From Candidatus Geothermarchaeota archaeon (lineage in GTDB: Archaea; Thermoproteota; Nitrososphaeria; Geothermarchaeales; JDFR-13): a DNA stretch of 64,000 bases. A model generated the notes under the pieces. It worked only from the letters and a program-made list of their open reading frames with translations, made no database searches and was not told the DNA's origin. Of this stretch, positions 55,700 through 64,000 are shown piece by piece. The first letter of the stretch is position 1; each line of letters opens with the position of its first letter. The position numbers and the translations under genes are program-made. The stretch is from NCBI GenBank assembly GCA_015523605.1, contig WAKC01000050.1, positions 832 to 64,831 on the forward strand, read 5' to 3'.

Positions 55700-56416
55700 T
55701 TATATGTAGGTTACAGCCTCGATGGGAACCTCATATTCCTTAGTTATATATCTCCATCTATCCCCTATGGCGATTATGACATGTATAGCGGATGGTTGGG
55801 CACCTACCTTCCTGACCATCCTAATGAGTGTCTCATGTGTATAGCCTGTCCTGATTACGTCGTCCACGATTAAGACTCTATAGTCTTTTCTTATTAATCC
55901 CTTAGTTAGATATAGCGTCTTTGTAGCCCCATCCTCTGTAACCATTGTGGCCTCTATCTGTTTTGGCACTCCGACTTCCCTCTTGTCCTTAGCGATCACT
56001 AGTTTCGTGTTTAAATATTCAGCTATCAAGGTTGCATAGGGTATGCCATCCGTCGCAGGGCTTAGCACTATGTCTATGGAATTCTTATACTTTGCAGATA
56101 CCTTCAAAGCCATGAATTTGAGAAGCGCTATATCGCTAATGATATTCTGGTTGTTTAGATACCCATGTCTATCGAATTTAAGCCGCGATCTTATAAGCTT
56201 CTCCAGGTCGACTATCCCCTCTAGTATCTGTATAAGTTCTTCAAGTCTATCCTTCATCGGAACTATTCTCCCATGTAGATATCTACTTAGTGTCGATGTT
56301 GCTATTCCCGTCTTCTCAGATACATAGCCAAGGTTATATGTCTGCTTGGCAAGCATCAATAACTCTTTAAAATATTGTATCTTGACGATGTCACTACATC
56401 TCTTTCTCATTAACAC
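55700..56416 (-). CDS. HTH - phosphoribosyltransferase fusion protein (PurR-like putative regulator)
   Basis: The N-terminus has an HTH (GYVSEKTGIATSTLSRYLHG). The C-terminus has a type I PRTase PRPP-binding loop (VLIVDDVIRTGYT). Confidence 0.75.
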   Translation of the reverse strand: MLMRKRCSDIVKIQYFKELLMLAKQTYNLGYVSEKTGIATSTLSRYLHGRIVPMKDRLEELIQILEGIVDLEKLIRSRLKFDRHGYLNNQNIISDIALLKFMALKVSAKYKNSIDIVLSPATDGIPYATLIAEYLNTKLVIAKDKREVGVPKQIEATMVTEDGATKTLYLTKGLIRKDYRVLIVDDVIRTGYTHETLIRMVRKVGAQPSAIHVIIAIGDRWRYITKEYEVPIEAVTYI

Positions 56417-56472
56417 CTCATTTAAATATTGAGCAACTTATTAAAAAATAATCCATATAAATTTACACATAC

Positions 56473-56551
56473 GATTAAATATCAATTCAACCCTTTCTAG
56501 TTGGGTTTTATGTTTTACATGTATATTTTAAACAGATTAATATCAATTGAA
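56473..56551. promoter_or_regulatory. pair of direct repeats in the divergent promoter region (candidate operators)
   Basis: GATTAAATATCAATTCAA (56473-56490) and GATTAA-TATCAATTGAA (56535-56551) match at 16 of 17 positions with one gap. The second copy contains the 8-bp palindrome TCAATTGA. Confidence 0.3.
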
Positions 56552-56585
56552 TAATATTTTAAAGATATGTGTAAAGGTGTCTCGT

Positions 56586-57734
56586 ATGGTGGATAGGAGG
56601 GAGGCTTTAAAGGTTATAGGGATTGGAGGTGCCGCATTTGCATTGGGCGCAGGCCTTGGATATACATTGAAACCAACTACAGAAGCTATAGTCCCTGCTG
56701 ATGAGTCTGGAAAGCCCCCGGTAGAGAGGGGTACCCTTAAGGCTGGTTGGGTGTATGTGGGTCCTATCGGTGACTATGGTTGGACATATGCCCATGACCT
56801 TGGTAGGAGATATGCGGAGGAAAGACTTGATTTCTTGGAGACTGTATATGTAGAGTCTGTCGCTGAGGATGAGGCGATGCCCGTTATTACACAGCTTGTT
56901 AATGAGGGTGCAGACGTCATATTCACCACCAGCTTCGGATATATGGATGATACGATCAAGGCTGGTGAGAAGTATCCTGACAAGATATTTATGCATTGTT
57001 CCGGGTATAAGAGGAGGGAGAATGTAGGTACTTATTTCGTGCGTCTCTACCAGCCATATTACTTGAATGGTTTGATGGCTGGTGCAGTTACAGAGACTAA
57101 TAATCTTGGATATGTTGCTGCTCATCCAATTCCTGAGGTGGTTAGGCATATAAATGCGTTCCATCTGGGTGCTAGAGAGGTTAATCCGGATGTCAAGACC
57201 TATGTAATCTGGATTAATGCATGGTATGATCCTGAAAAGGCCAGGTCGGCTGCCCAGACACTTATCGACCAGTTTAACTGTGATGTCCTAGCATTTACAG
57301 AGGATACACCAACGGTCTTGACTGTTGCTGAGGAAGCGGGTGCCTACAGCTTTAGCCATTATAGTGATATGAAGAAGTATGGCCCAAATGCTGAGTTATC
57401 TGGTCAAATCGCCAATTGGGGAATAATCTATGAGGATGTATTGTTGAGGGCGTACCACGGTGTATGGGAGAGTAAGGATTACTGGTGGGGCTTCTATGAA
57501 GGCGCTGTAGACATTACACCAATGTCAAACAAGGTTCCAAAGGATATACAGAACCTAGTTAATGAGAGGATAGAGCTCATGAGGACACTATCCTTTGAGC
57601 CATTCAGAGGTCCATTAGTGGATAGGAAAGGTAGGGTCAGGGCCAAAGCAGGTGAGTTCCTAACTAGGGATGACCTCTGGAATATGATGTGGTTCCTAGA
57701 AGGTGTAGAGGGAGACCTTCCAGGAGAAGAGTAG
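56586..57734 (+). CDS. BMP-family ABC transporter substrate-binding protein (purine-nucleoside-receptor-like), Tat-type signal
   Basis: MVDRREALKVIGIGGAAFALGAG, then a Bmp/PnrA-like body (GWVYVGPIGDYGWTYAH, GYVAAHPIPEV). The track ORF starts at 56547. Confidence 0.85.
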   Translation: MVDRREALKVIGIGGAAFALGAGLGYTLKPTTEAIVPADESGKPPVERGTLKAGWVYVGPIGDYGWTYAHDLGRRYAEERLDFLETVYVESVAEDEAMPVITQLVNEGADVIFTTSFGYMDDTIKAGEKYPDKIFMHCSGYKRRENVGTYFVRLYQPYYLNGLMAGAVTETNNLGYVAAHPIPEVVRHINAFHLGAREVNPDVKTYVIWINAWYDPEKARSAAQTLIDQFNCDVLAFTEDTPTVLTVAEEAGAYSFSHYSDMKKYGPNAELSGQIANWGIIYEDVLLRAYHGVWESKDYWWGFYEGAVDITPMSNKVPKDIQNLVNERIELMRTLSFEPFRGPLVDRKGRVRAKAGEFLTRDDLWNMMWFLEGVEGDLPGEE

Positions 57735-57776
57735 ACTCCCATACTCTTTTTTATCTAGCCTACGGTGGAATAAGGC

Positions 57777-59123
57777 ATGCCTCCAATCCTAGAAGCCCGT
57801 AACATATGGGTTGTATATGGGGATGGAACTATAGCTAATAAAGGTGTATCCATCTCTATTGAGAAGGGTGAGATCCACGGTCTACTAGGTGAGAATGGTG
57901 CTGGAAAGACGACATTGGTGAAGGTACTATATGGAGTTGTACAACCGGTCTCGGGAGAGATTTATGTAGAGGGCTCTAGGGTTGAGAGGCTCACACCGTC
58001 CAAGGCTAGGTCTCTAGGGATTTTCATGGTTCCCCAGCATAGTATCCTAGTCTCTACCTTAACTGGATATGACAATATAAAATTGTCCTATCCATATGAG
58101 GATCTGGATGACAAGCTTGATAACATATTGAGTGAGCTGAATGTGCTTATTGAGTTGGATAAGCCTGTCCATGAGCTGCCCAGAGGAATGTTGAAGAAGA
58201 TTGAAGTTATCCGGGCCTTGATATCCGGGGCTAAGTTGATAATCCTTGACGAGCCCACATCTGTAATGTCCCCCATTGAGGTTCAGGAGCTTATAAGGAT
58301 GTTAGATAGTCTGGCCAACAGGGGCGTCTCATTCATCTATATATCCCATAGACTGGATGAGGTTGTGGAGATATGTGATAGAATCACTGTTTTGAGAGAT
58401 GGCTCTGTGGTCTATACTGGTGAGGTTGGTGATGTCTCGGAAGTGTATAGAAAGATGTTTAGAAGCGACCTCTCATATGAGAAGTTTAGATTAGTAAAGG
58501 AACAGTTTAATATTGAGAGGGTTAAAATAGACGGTCTATTAGAGATGCCCAAGGAGGGTGTACATGTCATATTAGGTGTAGAGGGAAATGGGCAGGATGT
58601 ACTCGCTAGGAGGATAGTCTCAAAATTAGGTGAATATGGTTTCGTAGGTTTCGTCCCTGGTAAGATTGAGGAGGCTATTGTTCCTAATATGAGTCTCGTT
58701 GATAATCTAAGGTTTAGAGTCGTAGATGATGATGGACTGGACTATATCAAATTGACGGAGAGGATTGTTGAGAGGTATGAAGTTATTACAGAGAGTATCT
58801 ATAAACCTATTTCTAAGCTTTCTGGGGGTAATATTCAGAGGTTTGTTGTGGGTCGTGAACTTGAACTTTCCGATAAGTATACTGTCTTAGAGTTCCCTAC
58901 TAGAGGCTTGGATATGAGGAGTATGAAACTTATTCATAGGAGGGTGCAAGAAGCTGTTGAAAGAGGTGTTTCAATAATATATTTTACTGAGGATATTGAG
59001 GAGGCTCTTGAGGTTGGTGACCTTATATCCATCATATATCGTGGGAGACTGAATGGCCCGTATAGAGTGGGAGATATAAATATTGATAAGATTAAAATGT
59101 TAATGTCTGGTATTGGTTGGTAG
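57777..59123 (+). CDS. ABC transporter ATP-binding protein, fused double NBD (sugar/nucleoside type)
   Basis: NBD1: GENGAGKTT, LIILDEPTS. NBD2: GVEGNGQDVL, LSGGNIQRFVVGREL, EFPTRGLD. At 448 aa it is short for the family. Confidence 0.85.
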   Translation: MPPILEARNIWVVYGDGTIANKGVSISIEKGEIHGLLGENGAGKTTLVKVLYGVVQPVSGEIYVEGSRVERLTPSKARSLGIFMVPQHSILVSTLTGYDNIKLSYPYEDLDDKLDNILSELNVLIELDKPVHELPRGMLKKIEVIRALISGAKLIILDEPTSVMSPIEVQELIRMLDSLANRGVSFIYISHRLDEVVEICDRITVLRDGSVVYTGEVGDVSEVYRKMFRSDLSYEKFRLVKEQFNIERVKIDGLLEMPKEGVHVILGVEGNGQDVLARRIVSKLGEYGFVGFVPGKIEEAIVPNMSLVDNLRFRVVDDDGLDYIKLTERIVERYEVITESIYKPISKLSGGNIQRFVVGRELELSDKYTVLEFPTRGLDMRSMKLIHRRVQEAVERGVSIIYFTEDIEEALEVGDLISIIYRGRLNGPYRVGDINIDKIKMLMSGIGW

Positions 59124-59129
59124 ATTGAT

Positions 59130-60149
59130 ATGGATATAAGGTCTTTCCTATCAACCATAGTATCGGTATTGGTGGCTCTATTTGTATATGGGCTCTTCAT
59201 AATGTACTTCGGTGGGGATCCTTTAGATGCATATTATAGAATGTTTAGAAATAGCTATTTAGACCCTAACGGACTATATGAAACCTTGAGATTGGCTGGT
59301 AGTCTAGCGATTCTATCAGCTGGTTTATCCCTAGTCTTTAAGGCTGGTATATGGAATATAGGGGCTGAAGGTCAATACATAATAGGTGGTATCGCCGCTG
59401 GCTATATGATATATGTGTTCAACATTGGGTTTGAAACCCCAGTCATACCTATCCTAGTTGGGATGTTAGTAGGTTCTCTATACTCAGCTGTGCCAGCCTA
59501 TTTGAAGTATAAATTGGATGTTAATGAGGTGTTGACCACACTAATGCTAAACTATGTAGCATTATACATCCTATATTACCATGTATATGGTGTCTGGAGG
59601 GATCCATCAACCTTCGGTTTCCCAGTAACTCCGGAGATATCCATGGGTTTTAGACTTCCAGATATACTGGGTATGAACTTTCTATTCCCCTTGTCTATCA
59701 TAGTCTCGATTGTTGCTTATTACATCCTGTTTAGGAGTAAATATGGATTTAAACTTAGGGTATATGGCGAGAATAGAGAGGCCGCCAAATACTCTAGATA
59801 TAACCTCTTTACTTTAATCGTAGGGTCTATGGCACTAAGCGGACTTGCATCTGGATTGGCTGGTACGGGTGACTTCCTATCATATTACCATCGGTTTAAA
59901 CCTGGATATGCAGCTGGCCTGGGATATACCGCTATAATAACCACTTTGGTGGGTGAGTCAAACCCAATCTATACTTTGATATCTTCAATCTTCTTCGCAG
60001 GTTTTCTCTATGGATCCAACACAATATCCATAGTTGCGGGAGTACCCTTTGAGGGGATATATATCTTCGAGGGCGTCCTACTCGCCTTTATAATCTCTAG
60101 GAGGTATATCGGGAGGTGGGTCAAGTGGATGGGGGCGGAGAATTCATAA
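59130..60149 (+). CDS. ABC transporter permease (BMP/nucleoside system)
   Basis: 339 aa and polytopic. The block IWNIGAEGQ is typical of this permease family. Confidence 0.85.
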   Translation: MDIRSFLSTIVSVLVALFVYGLFIMYFGGDPLDAYYRMFRNSYLDPNGLYETLRLAGSLAILSAGLSLVFKAGIWNIGAEGQYIIGGIAAGYMIYVFNIGFETPVIPILVGMLVGSLYSAVPAYLKYKLDVNEVLTTLMLNYVALYILYYHVYGVWRDPSTFGFPVTPEISMGFRLPDILGMNFLFPLSIIVSIVAYYILFRSKYGFKLRVYGENREAAKYSRYNLFTLIVGSMALSGLASGLAGTGDFLSYYHRFKPGYAAGLGYTAIITTLVGESNPIYTLISSIFFAGFLYGSNTISIVAGVPFEGIYIFEGVLLAFIISRRYIGRWVKWMGAENS

Positions 60150-61024
60150 AACTAATTATAGACTCTTCGACTGTCTTGCTACTAGCTAGTCTGGGTGAAT
60201 TGATTAAAGAGAGGAGTGGAATCCTAAATTTGGGTCTGGAGGGTATAATCTCCTTCTCAGCTATGTCGGCTATAGCCGTATATATAGAAGTTGGAAACCC
60301 ATATCTAGCTATCTTGGTTGCGGGGGTTGCCGGAGCATTCCTATCATTAATCCATGGTTTTATATCAAACTATATCAAGGCAGATCAGGTGTTAAGCGGC
60401 TTGGCCGTCCTATTCATAGGTATAGGCTTAAGTGGACTCCTCGGCTCCAAATATGAAGGTTTGAAGGTCGATCCATTGACACCTGTTAGGATCGTATTAG
60501 GAGATTTTATAATCAGTATGGATATCCTAACGATCACCGCCTATATACTTGCTCCACTCCTCTTCATAATTTTATATAAAACGAGGTATGGGCTTATAAT
60601 CAGGGGGCTTGGTGACCAGCCGGAGGGACTCGACTATCTAGGATATGATGTGGATAAGCTCCGTACAATAGTAGTTGTAGTAGGAGGGTTTATAGTGGGA
60701 TTAGCCGGAGCAAAGTTGACCCTGGCCCTTATTCCAATGTGGTCTATTAATGTCTCTGGAGGTAGGGGATGGATAGCTCTAGCCCTTGTGGTATCCTCCC
60801 TATGGAATCCCATGCTTACATTCCTGGTTGCACACGTATTTGGATTTCTAAATCAATTCCCGATATTGTCTCAGGTCATGGGTCTGGAAGTCGACTCTAG
60901 ACTTATATCCACAACTCCATACCTGTCAACCATTGTACTATTGGTTATCTTCTCTCTACCAATGTTGAAGAGGCTTGGATATGCACCTAGAGAGCTCGGT
61001 AAACCATATATTAGAAGGGATTAG
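60116..61024 (+). CDS. ABC transporter permease (second subunit)
   Basis: 302 aa and polytopic, with ILNLGLEGI. The GTG start overlaps the upstream gene by 34 nt, so the start is uncertain. Confidence 0.8.
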   Translation: MGQVDGGGEFIKLIIDSSTVLLLASLGELIKERSGILNLGLEGIISFSAMSAIAVYIEVGNPYLAILVAGVAGAFLSLIHGFISNYIKADQVLSGLAVLFIGIGLSGLLGSKYEGLKVDPLTPVRIVLGDFIISMDILTITAYILAPLLFIILYKTRYGLIIRGLGDQPEGLDYLGYDVDKLRTIVVVVGGFIVGLAGAKLTLALIPMWSINVSGGRGWIALALVVSSLWNPMLTFLVAHVFGFLNQFPILSQVMGLEVDSRLISTTPYLSTIVLLVIFSLPMLKRLGYAPRELGKPYIRRD

Positions 61025-61084
61025 AGTCTGGTTTATAACTCTCTTTAAAGCCTATATAGATTTATACCTTTTTTAGGTGTCCAT

Positions 61085-62314
61085 ATGGACTTCGAGTTTA
61101 GCCAGGATGAAATATTATTTAAAAAGTCTGTTGCGGAGTTTGCAGAGAAGTATATCGAGCCAAGATGGATAGAGATTGACGATGCAGGTGTTATCCCTAA
61201 TGAATTGATTGAGAAGATGGGTGAATATGGCCTCCTATCAATCCCTATATCTGAAGAATATGGGGGTCTGGGAGAGAGTTTTGTTAAGGCTGTATTGGCT
61301 ATTGAGGAGCTCGCCTATCACGATCCGGCAGTGGCTATCGCTGTATATGTACTTCTGAATAATGGATGGCCATATCTCCTTGATTTATATGCTTCACATG
61401 ATGTAAAGTCTGAGGTCCTACCAAAAGTGTCTAAGGGTAAATACTTCTTTGGAATCGCGTCTACAGAGGCTCATGGAGGCTCTGATGTGGCCGGTGTCAA
61501 GACGTTTGCGAGGAAGGAGGGTGATACATGGTATATCTCAGGTGAGAAGATCTATATAAGTGGTGTTAGGGAGGTTCTACAACAGCTAGATGGAGGGGGT
61601 TGGTTCTTAGTATCGAAAACTGGGAATCTTGATTATGGACATAGAAATATAACTACATTTTCCTTTCTACCTAGGAGGGATGGAAAGTTATATGGTGAGA
61701 TAGAATGGAGTGTATTTGAGGAGATTGGGAGAGGTGGTCTCAGCACTGGGACATTTAAGCTTGAGGATTTCCCTGTGGAGGATAGATTTAGAGTTGGGGA
61801 TGAAGGCAGGGGGTTCTACCTCCTGATGGAGGGGTTCAATATAGCCCGTGTATTGGTGGCCGCGGCTTGTATCGGGAGTGCGAGATGGGCTCTGGAGCAG
61901 GGAGTTGAGTGGGTTAAGAACAGGAAACTATTCAATGGAAGGAGGTTATCATCTTTCCAAGGTGTTTATATGAGGTTTTCAGAGCTTTATGCCGAGCTTG
62001 AGAGTGCCCGGCTATTCACATATAGAGCTGCTTGGATGGTAGACAAGATATATAAAGAGAGGGATCCAAACTATAACCCTAAGGATCTTAATATTCCGGT
62101 CGCCCTAGCCAAGTATAAGGGTCCTGAGACCGCTGCTAGAATTTATGAGGAGGTTATGAAGTGGTTGGGTGCCTATTCATATATGAAGGAGTCTAAAGTA
62201 TACCGTGGCTGGCTTGGCATATTAAGCTATCTCGTAGGTGCGGAAGGGGGTCAGAACATAATGAAGATTATCATTGCTAGGGACTATATAGGAAGGGAAT
62301 ATATACGTGGATAG
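61085..62314 (+). CDS. acyl-CoA dehydrogenase
   Basis: 409 aa with GIASTEAHGGSDVAGVKT, and a C-terminal helical domain with the YEG-like block IYEEV. Confidence 0.9.
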   Translation: MDFEFSQDEILFKKSVAEFAEKYIEPRWIEIDDAGVIPNELIEKMGEYGLLSIPISEEYGGLGESFVKAVLAIEELAYHDPAVAIAVYVLLNNGWPYLLDLYASHDVKSEVLPKVSKGKYFFGIASTEAHGGSDVAGVKTFARKEGDTWYISGEKIYISGVREVLQQLDGGGWFLVSKTGNLDYGHRNITTFSFLPRRDGKLYGEIEWSVFEEIGRGGLSTGTFKLEDFPVEDRFRVGDEGRGFYLLMEGFNIARVLVAAACIGSARWALEQGVEWVKNRKLFNGRRLSSFQGVYMRFSELYAELESARLFTYRAAWMVDKIYKERDPNYNPKDLNIPVALAKYKGPETAARIYEEVMKWLGAYSYMKESKVYRGWLGILSYLVGAEGGQNIMKIIIARDYIGREYIRG

Positions 62315-62317
62315 GGA

Positions 62318-63127
62318 ATGTCTAGTGACGTCGGTATATTGATACTCGCTGGTGGTGTAGGAAGGAGATTCGGGGAGTATAAGACTGTATATAACGTTAA
62401 TGGAAAGACTCTCATAGAAATATTACTTGATAGATTACCCTCTTCAGATATCTATATATCTATAAGATATCCCTGGCAGGAGGAGCTTATTAGGAAGAAA
62501 GTTGATAATTATAGAGTCAAGTTCATCTATGATGATTTAGAATGTGGCTATGGACCCATATGTGGTGTGGTTGAAGCATCTAAAATCCTCAGCTACAAAT
62601 ATCTAATGGTTTTTGGAAGTGATACAATACCCGCAAAAAATTTAGTTGCTACAATGATGGATACAATAGAATCCTCCAGCTTACCTACATTAATAGGTTC
62701 CAAGGATTTTCTAGAGCCTATGCCAGCAATCTACAGATTGGAAGATGTCAATATGCTGTCTAATTTTATAGAGACTATAAAATCTAATGTAAAGGAGTTC
62801 AGATCTACTGATCTCATCAGGATTTGTAGAAGAGTTAACATCATTGACTTTGATAGGGTAACCCCTCCGATAGTCAATATCAATTTTAAAAAAGATTTAT
62901 CACGAATTAGAGATGTCGATTCGAGATATTTTAAGTATCAATTGGTGGATAAAGACCTACCTGGAGAACTCTACCTCAAATTTTTGGAGAAAGTAGCTCG
63001 TGGTTCGGTTAAGGATGGATGTGAATATCTAAAACTGGAGCTTAGAGAGTATAAAACTTTAGGATATTTGAATATCTCAAACCATATAGTTGCAGACCTT
63101 AATAGAATATGTAACATTGCTGTATGA
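62318..63127 (+). CDS. MobA-like NTP transferase (putative molybdenum cofactor guanylyltransferase) with C-terminal extension
   Basis: GILILAGGVGRRFGEYKTVYNVNGKTLIE matches the MobA LAGG..RR.G motif. At 269 aa it is longer than the ~200 aa I recall for MobA. Confidence 0.6.
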   Translation: MSSDVGILILAGGVGRRFGEYKTVYNVNGKTLIEILLDRLPSSDIYISIRYPWQEELIRKKVDNYRVKFIYDDLECGYGPICGVVEASKILSYKYLMVFGSDTIPAKNLVATMMDTIESSSLPTLIGSKDFLEPMPAIYRLEDVNMLSNFIETIKSNVKEFRSTDLIRICRRVNIIDFDRVTPPIVNINFKKDLSRIRDVDSRYFKYQLVDKDLPGELYLKFLEKVARGSVKDGCEYLKLELREYKTLGYLNISNHIVADLNRICNIAV

Positions 63128-63205
63128 ATAGTAGTCACTGAAAAATTTTCTCGAACCCTTTTTTCTTTATAAGAACAGATATATATATGAATATACATAT
63201 AGACT

Positions 63206-63226
63206 GTTGATATATAAATTATCAAC
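63206..63226. promoter_or_regulatory. perfect 7-bp inverted repeat bracketing a TATA-like box
   Basis: GTTGATA-TATAAAT-TATCAAC. The A/T core lies about 29 nt upstream of the GTG/ATG at 63243/63246, which fits a leaderless start. Confidence 0.35.
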
Positions 63227-63245
63227 ATATTTTCTTAGTTTGGTG

Positions 63246-64000
63246 ATGTATTTGAAGGGTGTCCGTGACGAGGGAAAGAGACGTTTTATTAAGTTTGCGG
63301 TTACAGCTCCACTTGTGACTCCATTGATACTGGATGGTTTATCGGCCGATGCCAATGCACAGGTACCTATTGAGTATCTGAACCTTGATATCGAGAATCT
63401 GGAGTGGGTCCCATCTACATGTATAATATGTGGCCAAGGCTGTCCCCTGAAAATAGGGGTTATAAATGTTGATGGAGAAAGAAGGATATTCCAAGAGACA
63501 TATAATTATGATCCTGATGATCCAAAGTATTTCGCTATATGTGCTAGGCCCAGGGCTTTAGGTGAGTTGCCTAATCATCCCGATAGGATAAAAAGTCCTA
63601 TGATAAGAACTGGTGATAGAGGGTCGGGTGAGTTTGAGCCTATATCTTGGGATGAAGCCCTAGACATATTGGCTGATGAAATTAGAAGGTATTTGGATAA
63701 GCCTGAAAAGATCTTGGTATTTGCTCATCAAGGTGGGGATAAGGCTCTACTTACAGAGTTTTTCAAGCTAGTAGGTACACCTAATATAACTAAGCATGCA
63801 GATACCTGTTATGTCTCATCGAGCAAAGGTAGGTGGTTTGTCTTTGGCAAGGATATATCACCTGGCGCAGTATATCCGGACTATGAGAACGCTAGATATG
63901 TAGTTTTGATGGGTAGGAACCCATATGGAGGGTTCGTCTCAACTCCATGGGCGAAGTCCTTTTCAATGGGTGTAAGCAATGGTATGAGAATAGTCGTGTT
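63246..64000 (+). CDS. molybdopterin oxidoreductase catalytic subunit (polysulfide/thiosulfate-reductase-like), N-terminal part; runs off the window end
   Basis: Absent from the ORF track because it has no stop in the window. My translation reads MYLKGVRDEGKRRFIKFAVTAPLV...EWVPSTCIICGQGCPLKIGV...AICARPRALG...IKSPMIRTGDRGSGEFEPISWDEALD...HADTCYVSS. It shows a Tat motif, an N-terminal FeS Cys motif and a MopB-type body. Confidence 0.8.
   Translation, partial: MYLKGVRDEGKRRFIKFAVTAPLVTPLILDGLSADANAQVPIEYLNLDIENLEWVPSTCIICGQGCPLKIGVINVDGERRIFQETYNYDPDDPKYFAICARPRALGELPNHPDRIKSPMIRTGDRGSGEFEPISWDEALDILADEIRRYLDKPEKILVFAHQGGDKALLTEFFKLVGTPNITKHADTCYVSSSKGRWFVFGKDISPGAVYPDYENARYVVLMGRNPYGGFVSTPWAKSFSMGVSNGMRIVV

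Noticed and set aside
56607-57164. 185-aa minus-strand ORF
   Set aside because: It is antisense to the BMP-family binding-protein gene, with no motifs. It is a shadow ORF.
60116-60149. 34-nt overlap between the two BMP-system permease genes, considered as a possible frameshift or pseudogene
   Set aside because: Both reading frames are intact and full length for the family. The overlap depends on choosing the most upstream GTG (60116). In-frame GTG 60125 or a later TTG would shorten it. This is ordinary start-site ambiguity.
1-64000. Search for CRISPR arrays, IS elements, integrases, tRNA/rRNA genes and long direct repeats
   Set aside because: I saw no periodic 25-40-nt repeat array, no transposase- or integrase-like ORF, no rRNA-like or cloverleaf-capable G+C-rich segment, and no long duplicated block while reading both strands. 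This is a by-eye negative result, not a computed one.

Overview
This 64-kb window looks like core chromosome from an archaeon, most likely a hyperthermophilic crenarchaeote (inference). G+C is about 40% by eye (not computed) and the proteins are rich in I/K/E/Y/R. Archaea-typical enzymes are present: ADP-forming acetyl-CoA synthetase, pantoate kinase with phosphopantothenate synthetase, Taw3 and tungsten-type AOR. A/T boxes sit about 25-30 nt upstream of several start codons, and there are two box C/D sRNAs. I support about 69 protein genes (two are cut by the window edges and missing from the ORF track), 2 ncRNAs and a few candidate operator repeats. I found no rRNA, tRNA, CRISPR array, transposase, integrase or prophage-like block. 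Packing is extreme: 9 of 11 convergent gene pairs overlap at their 3' ends. Main themes: (1) Fe-S and sulfur trafficking genes scattered over 4-22 kb (DUF59, CDGSH, Mrp/ApbC, SufS, ThiI with rhodanese, SufCBD). (2) A pterin-cofactor block (MoaC, MoaB, a TtrBCA-like Mo oxidoreductase with a TorD-like chaperone, AOR), plus a MobA-like gene and a second Tat-dependent Mo enzyme at the right edge. (3) The archaeal CoA pathway cluster (pantoate kinase, PPS, CoaBC) next to a class III aminotransferase and an inositol-phosphate-synthase-like enzyme. (4) A nucleoside-type BMP ABC importer divergent from an HTH-phosphoribosyltransferase fusion. (5) Ordinary housekeeping genes (serS, dcd, nfi, pyrG, tmk, acdAB). 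The items I would look at again first are: a PgsC/PgsB-like (poly-gamma-glutamate synthetase-like) gene pair; a three-gene operon with two membrane-anchored cross-brace zinc-finger paralogs and a DUF131 protein; a 404-aa internally duplicated nuclease-like orphan whose tail is encoded antisense to bcp; a 91-aa single-Cys ORF translationally coupled to sufS; and the two sRNAs. All family calls come from motif recognition by eye and recalled reference sequences. No searches were run.
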